This document shows, piece after piece, positions 42,845 to 64,000 of a stretch of DNA of 64,000 nt (position 1 is its first letter; every line of letters begins with the position of its first letter). The notes beneath the pieces are model-generated. The model was not told the DNA's origin, ran no database searches, and saw only the letters and a program-made list of their open reading frames with translations. The position numbers and the translations under genes are program-made. Origin of the DNA: the human T2T-CHM13v2.0 reference genome, Homo sapiens; the NCBI RefSeq assembly GCF_009914755.1, contig NC_060925.1. The stretch is one strand, 5' to 3'.

Positions 42845-45800
42845 GGTAGTTTCAGGGAAAGTGTTAAGGAGGAGAAAAATAACTAAGACAGAGCTCAACC
42901 AGAGGAATCTGGATAGGCAACATAAGGTGGGGTCCAGAGGCAATCATAACTTAGTTGCAAATTCCCATAGTAGAGTAGTTAAAAGTGCCATTATCACTTC
43001 TAGTTTATTATCATTGCAATTTTATTAGCTCTTCCTCATGTTCCATTTTCTTCCAGAACCCAGAAGAAGGTTTATATTTGGGTTCTGCCTCAACCATTTC
43101 ACAGTATAACTCAAATTAACCTTTGATGGAGGAAGGAAAGAAATGAGGAGTAAGTGGAGGAGAAGGAGTGATAAATTCCACAAGACCAGGGAATTGAGTG
43201 GTTCTGGGTTCTATGTGGAGCAACAACTTGAGTCTCATATCCTTGCAATGCCCTAGGAGGACAGTGGGACCTCAGAAGGGAGAACCTCTAGGGTGCATCT
43301 AGAAAATGTAGAAGCCATGGTGTCAAACCCAGTAGTCAATTCATCTTACTTGGTCCATCAACACAGTCAATACATACCTCCTTCTTGAAACACTTTCTTC
43401 ATTTGGTTTTAAAGATATCAGTCTCATGCTTACTTCTACTTCACTGTCTTCTACACCTGTGATGGACAGGTCCTATGTCCCCTCAAGTGCCCGCATGTCT
43501 TAGCTTTTCTACCTGTAATTTTCACTGGTACTCAGGAGTTCACTCAGCCCATACACAAGGTTTAACACCAACAGGAGCAACTCTCAATCAATGGCATATG
43601 AGATTCGGTAGATAAATACTTCAGCTTACTCATTCCTTGGTGAGAATATTTTGAAATAATTTTTACACAGTGCCTCAGAAGACCCCCAGAGAGATGGAGA
43701 CTCAGTTGCCCCCAGCAGTAACCAACTCATTAATGCTCACTTTATTGGGTTTTCTTTCTCTCCTACTAACCTTCCTCAGTCTCTCACAAGTGTTTCCTGA
43801 AATTATCACCTAATAAAAAATCTGCACCTAAGTCCTTGTTTCAAGGGAATGTAAGCTAAATGTTGGATTAAATGTTGGTTCTCTGAGGCTCTGTTCTTGG
43901 ATCTCCTCTCCTTTTCTGTCTCACTCATTTTCTTGGGACTGAAGTCCTGTAGTCTAATGGCTTTGAATACCATATATGTGTAATGGTTTCCCAGATCATG
44001 TATCCAAGCCCAGGCCACTCCTCTAAACTTTTACTTATTATCTCCACATGGAGATCTAATAGGCATCAGAATTAACATGTCTAAACAGAGCTTCTGATAG
44101 CTCCTCTCCCAAAAACCTTCTCCTCTGGAAGACTTACCACAGTTTAGTAAATTTGATGTGTTTGAGGAAAGGAGAGAAAGCCCATGTGACGGCAATGGGT
44201 TGTTAGAGGACAAGAGTAGCATGAGATGAGGTTGGAGGAGTAGGCAGGGACCAGATCATGCACAGGCATTTAAGTCTAAGTAAGAAGTTTACATTTAACT
44301 CATGTGCAATGAGAAGCTCTCAAAGACCCTTTGGCAGGGTTATAACCTGATTTAAATTACATTTTAAGAGAGAAATGAGACATTGAGAATAATTGAAAGT
44401 TCATCAGGTAACAAAGTTGAAGAGAGCTTTTCCAACAGAGGAAAGAGGAAGCATGAATAGCTGTCAGTTCTGATTTGCCTATCTTCTATAACCCACCTTC
44501 ACTAGACCTTTAATTGTTCTGTGTTTTAATGTGGAGGCCATGAGCTTTAAATGTCACCCTTGTAAAAGAATTATTGGGCATTTATACAACCAGGGCCACT
44601 CAAAAGTAATATCTTGGAGTAATAGAAATAGAAATAGGCCTCTGTTTATAGGCTCTGGTCCTTATCTTTTCAGATCCATAAACATGATGTTATAAATGCA
44701 ATGAGAGTCTATTCATTAGTAATAACTGGGTTTAGCTACTCAGCCTTATAAAAAATTAGTGAATTATCATTTTATGAATTTAAAATAAATATATTATCTG
44801 GGGTTCTTTTGGTTGGAAGTACGAAAACCAACATAAGTCAATCAAAAACTTCAAAAAAATTATTATGTACCATACAGCAGTTTGTCACAGAACCCAAGGC
44901 CAGGAATGCCATTTGACCCCAGGAAGAGGCAAGGATGAGAAACCAAAAATACTTTCTGGGGTTTCTGTGTGTCTCATCTATGTTCCCCTCTGAGCATCTG
45001 TTTCATTCTTACTCATATATCTCTGTGGAAGGGCTTCCTCCGGTTCTCTGATCCATGTGGTAAAGCATTTTCTTTCCTTCTCTGAAGCTAGGTTTCTCTA
45101 CCTATCTTCCCCTGCTACCTTTTAAATATTTATTAAAAAATTGAGCTACAATGGAACTGCGGGTTAGGATGCAGAAACACACTCCAGTGTCATTAGCAGT
45201 CATGGGATCCCATAGCCAGTATTCAAGAGTCTAGCTCTTTCTGTAGGCAATTTGTCTCACATTTCATATCTGAATAATGCAGGGTAAACATGACAAGGAT
45301 GCCCTAAACCTAATGAATGGACAAGTTTGTCAGCAAATAGTATCAGTTCCATGCATTTCCTTAGGGACTCTTTTCAGAGGACCCCGTTATTCCATCATTT
45401 GAGCTTTGCAATGTCAGAAATTCATTCTCTCTTCAGTGTTTTTTCATCCTTCATTAAAACCTAGTGCTTTAAGAATGAATCCTCTAGGACAGGCAGTGAC
45501 TTAAGGAATCACAGTTTTGCCTCCGGACTCCCAGCCGAGTGGTGGGCTCTCTCCCTCCCACTCTCCTCCTGTCCCACTGCACCCCTCCTCCCACTCTCTG
45601 TCTTTCCCTGATGATTGAACTGTTTTGACAGAATTAATTGAGTAAGGAGCCAGAGACCAGTGTGGTTCTGGGTTAGAAACATAAACACACTGGTTAGAAG
45701 GAAAGCAAAAAAATGTCAGATTAGAAAGGCATGGCATTAGAGTTGGCCTATCAGAAGTGTGTTAGCCTGAAGTCCAGGAGCAGCAGAACTGTCTTTGGGT

Positions 45801-46001
45801 ACACAGGTTGGAGCAGAAATAGACTGGGAGACAGTTGCACACCCAGAGGACAGCTTTTTACACATATGGTTGTAACTGGAAGGTTCTCTTCTACCTAACC
45901 CTGTTTAAGAAACTGCCATAGAGAATCTGACACAGCTGCTTCTCTGTGGGCAGAAAGAGCATATCACACAGAGAGGCAATTGTTGAGACTGTGAAATCTG
46001 A

Positions 46002-46007
46002 TTTATT
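46002..46007 (-). terminator. Likely CD5L poly(A) signal
   Basis: AATAAA on the minus strand about 1 kb after the stop, followed by TGTGTG downstream. A second AATAAA lies at 46352-46357. Confidence 0.6.
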
Positions 46008-47032
46008 AGATAAGTGTAAATGTGTAAATGTAGCCGTATAATAAGTACTCAGCCTAGCCTCAGAATCTAAAGTTGTCAATTTTTACAATCAAGTCTTGAT
46101 TCTCTTATTTCTGTCTTGCCTCAAGCTTACAGGCCCCAAAGTCTCAGTTGATAAAGTGAAAATGATATTTTTCACTTTCGCTTGGCATAAGACACAACTT
46201 TAGCCCTCCCTGATCTCTTTCTGCCTCTTTCTTGACCTTTTCCCAGTAACCAATATATTTTTCTTTGAATAAAGTAAAATGTATTTTTGACATTCCTCTC
46301 ATTAAATGTCAACCATGTTGGCAGGTTGTATAGGGATGGACAACAAAGATTTTTATTGGGGCAATCAGAGGATGAAACATCATTTTTTACACGTCATGAA
46401 AAGGTCTAGGATTATAGGACGCTGCTCTGCTCCTGAAAGAATTGTCTACCTACACTAAGAAATAACAGAATAGGGAGGTGTTGCTATTGTGGTCACCTGA
46501 AGCTTGAGGAAAAAAAAAAAAAGTAGTCCAATCAAAAGAATTCTAAACTTTCCCCCAAGTTGCAAGAAATTGTCTACCCACATTTTCTTTCAAATGTTCC
46601 TTTCATTGTTTCATTCCTTTAATGTTTGCAGACATAGATTAGTAATAGGACCTAGATTAGTAATGTTTGCAGACATAGACCTTAGTAATGGTCTGCACAT
46701 CTGACCAAAGTGACAGGTTTGAGGATTCCAGGCAGCTTGAGAAAAGGCAGGAAAGGCCAGAACCAGTGTCAAAGGGTCAGGGTTGAGCACAGGATACATG
46801 GAAGCTCATCTTCCCCAGCAAGAGGGAACTCAACAGCTCACATCTACAGGCAGCAATGGGGGCTGCTTGTCCCTGAGAGTAAGGCATAAGCCCAGTGTTC
46901 AGACTCCTGAGGGGATGAGGGAGTAGTGGCTCAAGCCTGAGCCCCAGAATGAGTATGAGGATAATCAGGGCTCAGGAGAACAAGCAGAGGGCAGGCGGGG
47001 CCAGGGGGGCCAGGTCAAGCAACACCAGGATA

Positions 47033-56769
<9,737 letters not shown>

Positions 56770-56955
56770 GACCAAGGCAGGTGAAGGTGATGAGCTGAAA
56801 TTTAAGGCTAGAAGGAGGTCCCCAAGCAGCAATATTTAGTTTTAGCTGCAAGTATGTTAAGAGGAGGGACAAAGACAGGTCCTGAGTGCAGGCAAAGCAT
56901 TATCAGATGATCAGAAACCAATAGACTCGGGGGGCAGAGCTGACAGAGCTGGACT

Positions 56956-57015
56956 TGCTGAAATCAGCATGTTCCAGAGGAAAGGAGGTGGCCAGAACTG
57001 GCGGAAAAATGCTGA
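56956..57015. promoter_or_regulatory. MARE-like (large Maf) elements in CD5L proximal promoter
   Basis: Near-palindrome TGCTGAAATCAGCA at 56956-56969 and AT-rich half-site AAAAATGCTGA at 57005-57015. Confidence 0.5.
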
Positions 57016-57944
57016 AAACAAAATAGAAACAGGCTATCATGACTTGGTTCTGCTGTAAGTCCAGCTCCGTCTGTCTCTCCTACAGCCCCTTTGCTATGTA
57101 AACAGAGGAAACACCTCCCACAAGGAAAGGCAGGTGCCAAAAATATGGCCATCTCTCAGTAGAAGACAAGGCAGTACTTAGTCGCCAAGGATGGTTTGCA
57201 AGGGAAATAAGCCAATTTTGATTCCTTTACCCCAGAGGGAAGTGCCTAGAAAATTTGGAAGCCAGAGGCCATGGGATAAATGCAGAGTTGCCCTTGGAGG
57301 CATATCCCATAAAACATAATCCAGGGTCATGGTGCCAATCTCCACATACAGGCCTGGCTTTATTGTCTTCAAACCTGCTTTCTCACTGCTAAGCAGAGGG
57401 TCCAATATACAGATTTGTTATTTTTCTATGCTTGTGCTGGTGTATGCCCATCTTTGGAAGCTGGATGGAAACAGATCCCTGAGGTGAGGGGCATCATAAT
57501 CATTGAACTCAAGTTGTCTGTAGGTCTAAGACATGATGGACAGAGATTAAGCAGTAAGACCCTCTCAGGCCCCTCTGCTTTGCTATATTATTAAGTATAG
57601 CTATGCTTCATGAGCTATTCTACTCCAGATTGATCAAGCAATCAATTTTGTATGCTGACATAATCTCTGCATTCCAAGCAGGGTAATTGTTCCTCTACAG
57701 TAATAATTTTTGCTTCTTTGTAATATTCAGGTAACTCAGCAGAAAGCTTGGTTCATTGTAGGCATTCATTTTTAATCCCACATTTCTTCATTTACTTAGT
57801 ATTGTATTCAATGAAAAGTTTTTAGCACTCATGAATGCCAGGCAATGTGATGGGTGGAGGCAGTACATGAAGGAACAAGGGATAGTTTTGCACTGTAAAA
57901 ATATATGGTCTAGTAATTGCAATAACATGTGGAAACCACTGTTA

Positions 57945-58135
<191 letters not shown>

Positions 58136-60348
58136 ATGAAACCTTGGAGGAAATGGTTACTATGTTTGGAGCTAATCAGAGAAGACTTCACAGCAATGAT
58201 GATACTTGAGCAGGGGTTTAGGATGAGTTAAGTGGAGAATCAGAATAGGAAAAGATTTTGCTATGCATATGCAGACAAGTGAAACAGCATTACTTATTCA
58301 AGGAACCACAGGTAGTTTGGAATGACTGGATTACAGCCTGCTTAGTGATCAGGGGCCAGGGCTTCTTGATGTTGAAAGGTAAAGACACTAGATGATATGC
58401 AAGTAGCAACAAGAGCCAGATAATGGAGGGTATATCATGAATGAGTTTGTAAATGCTAACTATTCACATCCTTCCCTCTCTAGATTCTGAAGTGACACAG
58501 TAATAGGTACAGAATTCAGAAAAGGTTCAAAATATCATCTTTACTGTTGATGAACTACATTAGACTGCCACTGGGATCTAAGGCTTTATGCATTTACCTC
58601 CATTCTTCAGGAGCTAGATGTGCACAACAGAGTTTACCCTTGGAAAAGAAAAGACTTTGTGTGGCTTGAGGGCAGACAAACCCATTAGCAAACACAGGCT
58701 TCATGATTCAGAAATATATTTTCCCCATTCCATGTGGAAAATTGAGTGAAAGAAGAAGAGAAAAGAAAAAGAAAACTTTTCCTCCCAATATAGTATTTTA
58801 TGAACAGGCGTGAGAACATGAAGAAAGGAAAAGGAAGCTTTTTAGCCAGGAAGGACACTATCCCACAGGACACAAGAAGCCACCGAAGGGTGTTACACAT
58901 TTAAGGTGTGTATTTTGGCTGCAGCACTGAGCAGGAATTGGGATGAAGACCAGTAATGGGTCATTAAGACCCATTAAGAGACCACTGCACCAGAGAGAGC
59001 AGAGGAGGACTTCAATAGGAGGTAGAAGAACGTACCTAAAACTTACTGTGTTTGGAGGATAAAAGTTACTTAATGTGAGCAAGTAGGCTGTATTGGCTGG
59101 CAGCTTCTAAAAAGTGGTAAAGGTCTGAAATAATCACTAAAAGGAAAGCGAGTCTGAAAAAGATAAGTAAACTATCTGTTTTCAGCACTGGGTAGAAAAA
59201 CTTGCATTTGTAAGCAGCATCCATGTGCCCAGCTGTGGAATCTTCTCAGGCTGCAGACAGAAGGCTGGTGTGAGAGGCCCATAAAGCCAGAGATCAAGCT
59301 GAGGGGCCCGCCCAACTGGTGTATGAGGCTTAGAGAAGATCAGGACATGGGCTGATGTAAAGTGAAAACAGAAATAAGTTCTGGGAAAGGGAACCTCAGT
59401 GAGGAAGTGCTGGGGAAAAGGAGAGTGTTAGAAAGTTCAAGGTATAGGAAGTTGTTCAGAGATTTGGAGAGAAGTGCTTGAGGTTTCAGAGAAGCTGTTC
59501 TGGGCAATGACCAGGCACAAACCAGGGTATGAGAAGAGAGTGAAGGAAGAAGTTTCAGAAGCTGAGGGATTTAGGGAATTGAGAAGAGGTTATCAAGAAG
59601 AGGACCGGCAAGAAGAGGGAGGTGGAATGGGAGGCACAGGTTGGGGAAGCCCAAAGCTGTGCGGAAGTAGATACCTGTCTGGAGGACGTCAATACATGAC
59701 ACACAACAAAAGCTAGAAGACACTCTGAGGGGCCCTCTCAGGAAGGGCAAGCTTCATGTCCTGCTGGTTTGGCATCAAGGTGAAACCCCTTGGGTAAATA
59801 GTTGAGTATGTCAATTATGGCTCTGTGAGAGTAGAAAACCATCCAAATTGCTCCCCTTTATACATCAAGTGCTTAGAATGTAATAAATGATTGCTGACTC
59901 AACAAATGAATGCATGAATGATTGTATTGTGAGATAGAACATCACCGAGGCTTTAGACTCACCATAAATGCCATCTCTTGGCTCTAGTCCTTGTCCACAT
60001 TGTGTTTTCTGGTGGCTGGGACTGACATTCTGAGACAGTTACAGAATGACTGGGCCTCTCCAGGGCTGATGTTTTATAAGCAGGGTTCTGATGGGTTTGG
60101 TTGCTCTTTCTTGTGTACATCTGCAAACACCTCTAAATAATCGCTTTGATTCCCTTCTGTTGCTCTCGCTGTGTCCCTTCTCCCTCCCCAATGGTGACCA
60201 AGATAGAAGAGAAGCTCAACATTATGTCATATGAGAAATAGATCCAGGACTTGGGGTTCAGGGAACATAAGCACTGTCTTCAGGCATTTAAAATAAAATT
60301 GTTTTGTGGGATTTCTGAGGAGAAAACACCACGTACGTATGGAAACTA

Positions 60349-60478
60349 CAGTTGACACAGGTTTGAACTTGGCAGGTCCATCTACTAATATGCAGATTTT
60401 TTTCAACCAAATACAGAGGGCAAAATTTTCACATATGCAAGAACTGAGTATCCATGTACAATAAGGAACAACTATATA
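60349..60478 (+). mobile_element. Tigger-like DNA transposon remnant
   Basis: tacagttgac...ggtttgaact...ggtcca...atatgcagatttttttcaa resembles Tigger3-family ends. Confidence 0.4.
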
Positions 60479-61215
60479 TAAAAAAAAAATTTAAACCCAT
60501 CATGAGAAAAAAAAAAGATAGAATAGGTTGCCCCAGAGACCATAAGCTCTCTATAACTGTAGACGCTGAGTCACATCACCTGTTAATAGATCCATAACTT
60601 ATGGTTGGTTATTATTAATACTTTTTTTATATCACCAATCTTAGGATTGTTTATGGCAAAGAAAAATCCAATCACTCACGGAAAAGAGGTTCTAAGGGCT
60701 TAGGACTTAAAACTCCAGCACCAACCCTGTCAGCCTGGGCCCTTGTGGATGCTGCAGAGCGGACAGGACACCTGGGCTGTGGCCTCCCTCAGGGTCATGA
60801 CAAAATAGCAATGGTTTTTCATTCTTCAGGTATCTGCAATGAGGGATCCAAGAGAGGACAGAGAACAGATGATGGCAGCCCAAAGACGGGAGTCCACAGG
60901 GAGGAAACTCAGCAAGCCTCCCTGTCTAGGGAGCCCGGGCTGAACCCAGACTTGCTGACCACATCCTGCTAGCAGCAAAATCAGCCCTAGCTGTCCTTGT
61001 GTCCCTGGTGTGCTCTGCCCTGGAACTTCTACCTGTGCTTTTCTGGACTTTCCTGGAACCATCTTTAAAAAGCAGCATTACAGTGCAGAGGCTATGAGCA
61101 TAGGTTTTGAACGCAGGCAGACTTGGCTTCAAATTCCCACTCAGTAACTTACTAGCTGTGGGACCCTGTACAAGATAGATGGGTCCTTTCTTGGTAGCTT
61201 TGTTGACTAGATCTA

Positions 61216-61218
<3 letters not shown>

Positions 61219-61252
<34 letters not shown>
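61219..61252 (+). repeat. (T)34 homopolymer
   Basis: Direct reading. Confidence 0.9.
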
Positions 61253-61255
<3 letters not shown>

Positions 61256-62327
61256 AGGATGATCAGTTTTCATTTCTTCCTTTTAAAAACTGAATGTTTA
61301 ATTAATTTAATCTTGCTTAATCCACATTCATGTTGCTCTTTTAAATGGGAAATCATAAATGACAGGAAAGCAAATAGCTTACAGGGTCATGCCTCAGAAG
61401 CACTCTGGAAGCACCCCGCAAAGAGGCCAGCTCACTTCCAAAGGCTAATTAGCTTTGCCCAGGCATCATTGTGCCCCAAAGTAGGGTCATTGGATACATA
61501 TTCATGTTGAAAGCCCACATTCTCATAATGTCAGAATAAATGGTTCAGTACAGAACCCGTGAATGAAGAGGAAAGAGGAGCTGTCCCATGAGCTGGCCTG
61601 GCATGGGAAGTATCATGAGGGTTACTAGACATCACTGCACTTTGCTGCCCCTGAATGGAAAACATTACACCAGCGCAAAATTTGAGTTTTGTAAGGAGTC
61701 ACATGAACAGTTTTCTCATGAGCACTCCCTACTTAGCCTTGAGAATATTGTACTGTGAAATTCCAATCCTTCCTTACCAAGGAGATGATGATTTTCCTTA
61801 ATCCGTGTGATTGAGCAAACCATCTGTTCTACCCAGACCCCCCACACCGATTTCTCTTCTTGAGGGTCTGCCAATCTTCTCTGTGTCCACATCATTTCTG
61901 TCACACGTGGTCTCGGGGGCAGGGGTAGGGTGTAGTTTCCTATTTTCAGCTCCTCACTCCTCTTTTATTAACTGGTGTTCATCACCTATTCTTGAAAACA
62001 GGTTGGAAATGGAATAAAGAGATAATAATGATACAGGAGATGGCTAAATGCATTTAGGAGGAGGGGGGAAAAGAAGAGCAGACTGGGGCTATCCTCCTTC
62101 ACCCCTTATTTCAGTGCTCTCAAAGTTGGTAATACAATTTTTATTGAATATTACTAATTTAACCACAAATATTTAGTGATTATCTCTTGTGAACCAAGCA
62201 CTGTCCTAGGCTCAGAAAAGAGGAGGACAAGAATTAGAGTTGGTTTAAACATAGTCTTTAACACACAAGCACCATATTAAAAGGCAGTACTTTTGAATGC
62301 TACAATATAAATGTAAGAAACTTGGGA

Positions 62328-62654
<327 letters not shown>

Positions 62655-62762
62655 TTATTTACTCATAGTCCCTATTGTATTCTTGCAACTATTAGTACAG
62701 TATCTATTCTTAATATTTGTTTAATAAACATTCTAATCAATCCATACTTAATAATTAATTAT

Positions 62763-63573
62763 AGACACTTCTCAAAAGAAGACATTTATGCAGCCAACAG
62801 ACACATGAAAATATGCTCATCGTCACTGGCCATCAGAGAAATGCAAATCAAAACCACAAAGAGATACCATCTCACACCAGTTAGAATGGCGATCACTAAA
62901 AAGTCAGGAAACAACAGGTGCTAGAGAGGATGTGGAGAAATAGGAACACTTTTACAGTGTTGGTGGGATTGTAAACTAGTTCAACCATTGTGGAAGACAG
63001 TGTGGCGATTCCTCAGGGATCTAGAACTAGAAATGCCATTTGACCCAGCCATCCCATTACTGGGTATATACCCAAAGGATTATAAATCATGCTGCTATAA
63101 GGACACATGCACACATATGTTTATTGTGGCACTATTCACAATAGCAAAGACTTGGAACCAACCCAAATGTCCATGAATGATAGACTGGATTAAGAAAATG
63201 TGGCACATATACACCATGGAATACTATGCAGCCATAAAAAAGGATGAGTTCATGTCCTTTGTAGGGACATGGATGAAGCTGGAAACCATCATTCTCAGCA
63301 AACTATCGCAAGGACAAAAAACCAAACACCGCATGTTCTCACTCATAGATGGGAATTGAACAATGAGAACACATGGACACAGGAAGGGGAACACCACACA
63401 CCGGGGCCTGTCGTCGGGTGGGGGGAGTGGGGAGGGATAGCATTAGGAGATATACCTAATGTAAATGATGAGTTAATGGGTGCAGCACACCAACATGGCA
63501 CATGTATACATATAAAACAAACCTGCACGTTGTGCACATGTACTCTAGAATTTAAAGTATAATTAAAAAATAA
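62763..63573 (+). mobile_element. 5'-truncated L1PA (ORF2 C-terminus + 3'UTR)
   Basis: WKTVWRFLRDLELEMPFDPAIPLLGIYPKDY and IKKMWHIYTMEYYAAIKK; TSD taataattaattata at 62749-62763 and 63574-63588. Confidence 0.93.
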
Positions 63574-64000
63574 TAATAATTAATTATAATATTAAAAATT
63601 AACCATTATAAATAATGGTATCAATTCTGGCAGAAGCCCCAAGGCCTGGAAAAATAAGTGCTGGAGCATTTGTTCAGGACATGTTCAAATTTTATAAAAC
63701 TGGTCACTGCCATCATTAGTCCATCTTGCCCATCTGGGCTTTGTTAGACAATGCCAAGAACTCATTCATTAATAAGAAATATGTATTAATTAAATACATA
63801 TTTAATTTTCTTAAGTAAAGTTTTTAGTGTACTGTGTACTTTCTTCTACCTTCCCCTAAATGAACTAAGAGAGGGACTTGGAAAATCCATAAGAAATTTC
63901 TGCTCAGGTCCACTGAAGTTTAGAGGGACCTGGTCTGGTAGCTGGCTCATATCTGTAAGCATGTGAAGGTGAGCAGCTGGCTGGAGCTGTGTCAGGAATC

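Noticed and set aside
63777-63803. AT-rich inverted repeat AAATATGTATT-aatta-AATACATATTT
   Set aside because: Short and in very AT-rich context; compatible with chance.

Overview
Human (primate) genomic DNA from the Fc-receptor-like cluster (1q23.1, from recognised gene identity). It holds two complete protein-coding genes, both on the minus strand. FCRL1 has 11 coding exons, ATG at 35105 and stop at 11168, giving 1290 nt = 429 aa: split signal peptide with 21-nt mini-exon, three Ig domains, TM, tyrosine-motif tail. CD5L/AIM has 6 coding exons, ATG at 56769 and stop at 47033, giving 1044 nt = 347 aa with three SRCR domains. All exon boundaries were checked for GT-AG and phase. About half of the window is transposon-derived: two long old L1M copies, younger L1PA fragments, about 18 Alus, an ERVL/MLT2 provirus remnant, a THE1 fragment, L2, MIR and DNA transposons. 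Most short ORFs in the track are repeat-derived noise. The most notable unexplained structure is in FCRL1 intron 2: two decayed Ig-domain exons (D1-type 20427-20651, D2-type 19424-19692) in the expected order and phase, implying a 5-Ig ancestral FCRL1. The D1 fossil keeps both splice sites, carries an in-frame stop and sits between an inverted Alu pair. The same intron has a dense NF-kB/STAT/ETS/STAT6 motif cluster. Several DNA-repair and retrotransposition scars are also visible. I see no evidence of a wholly new gene system.
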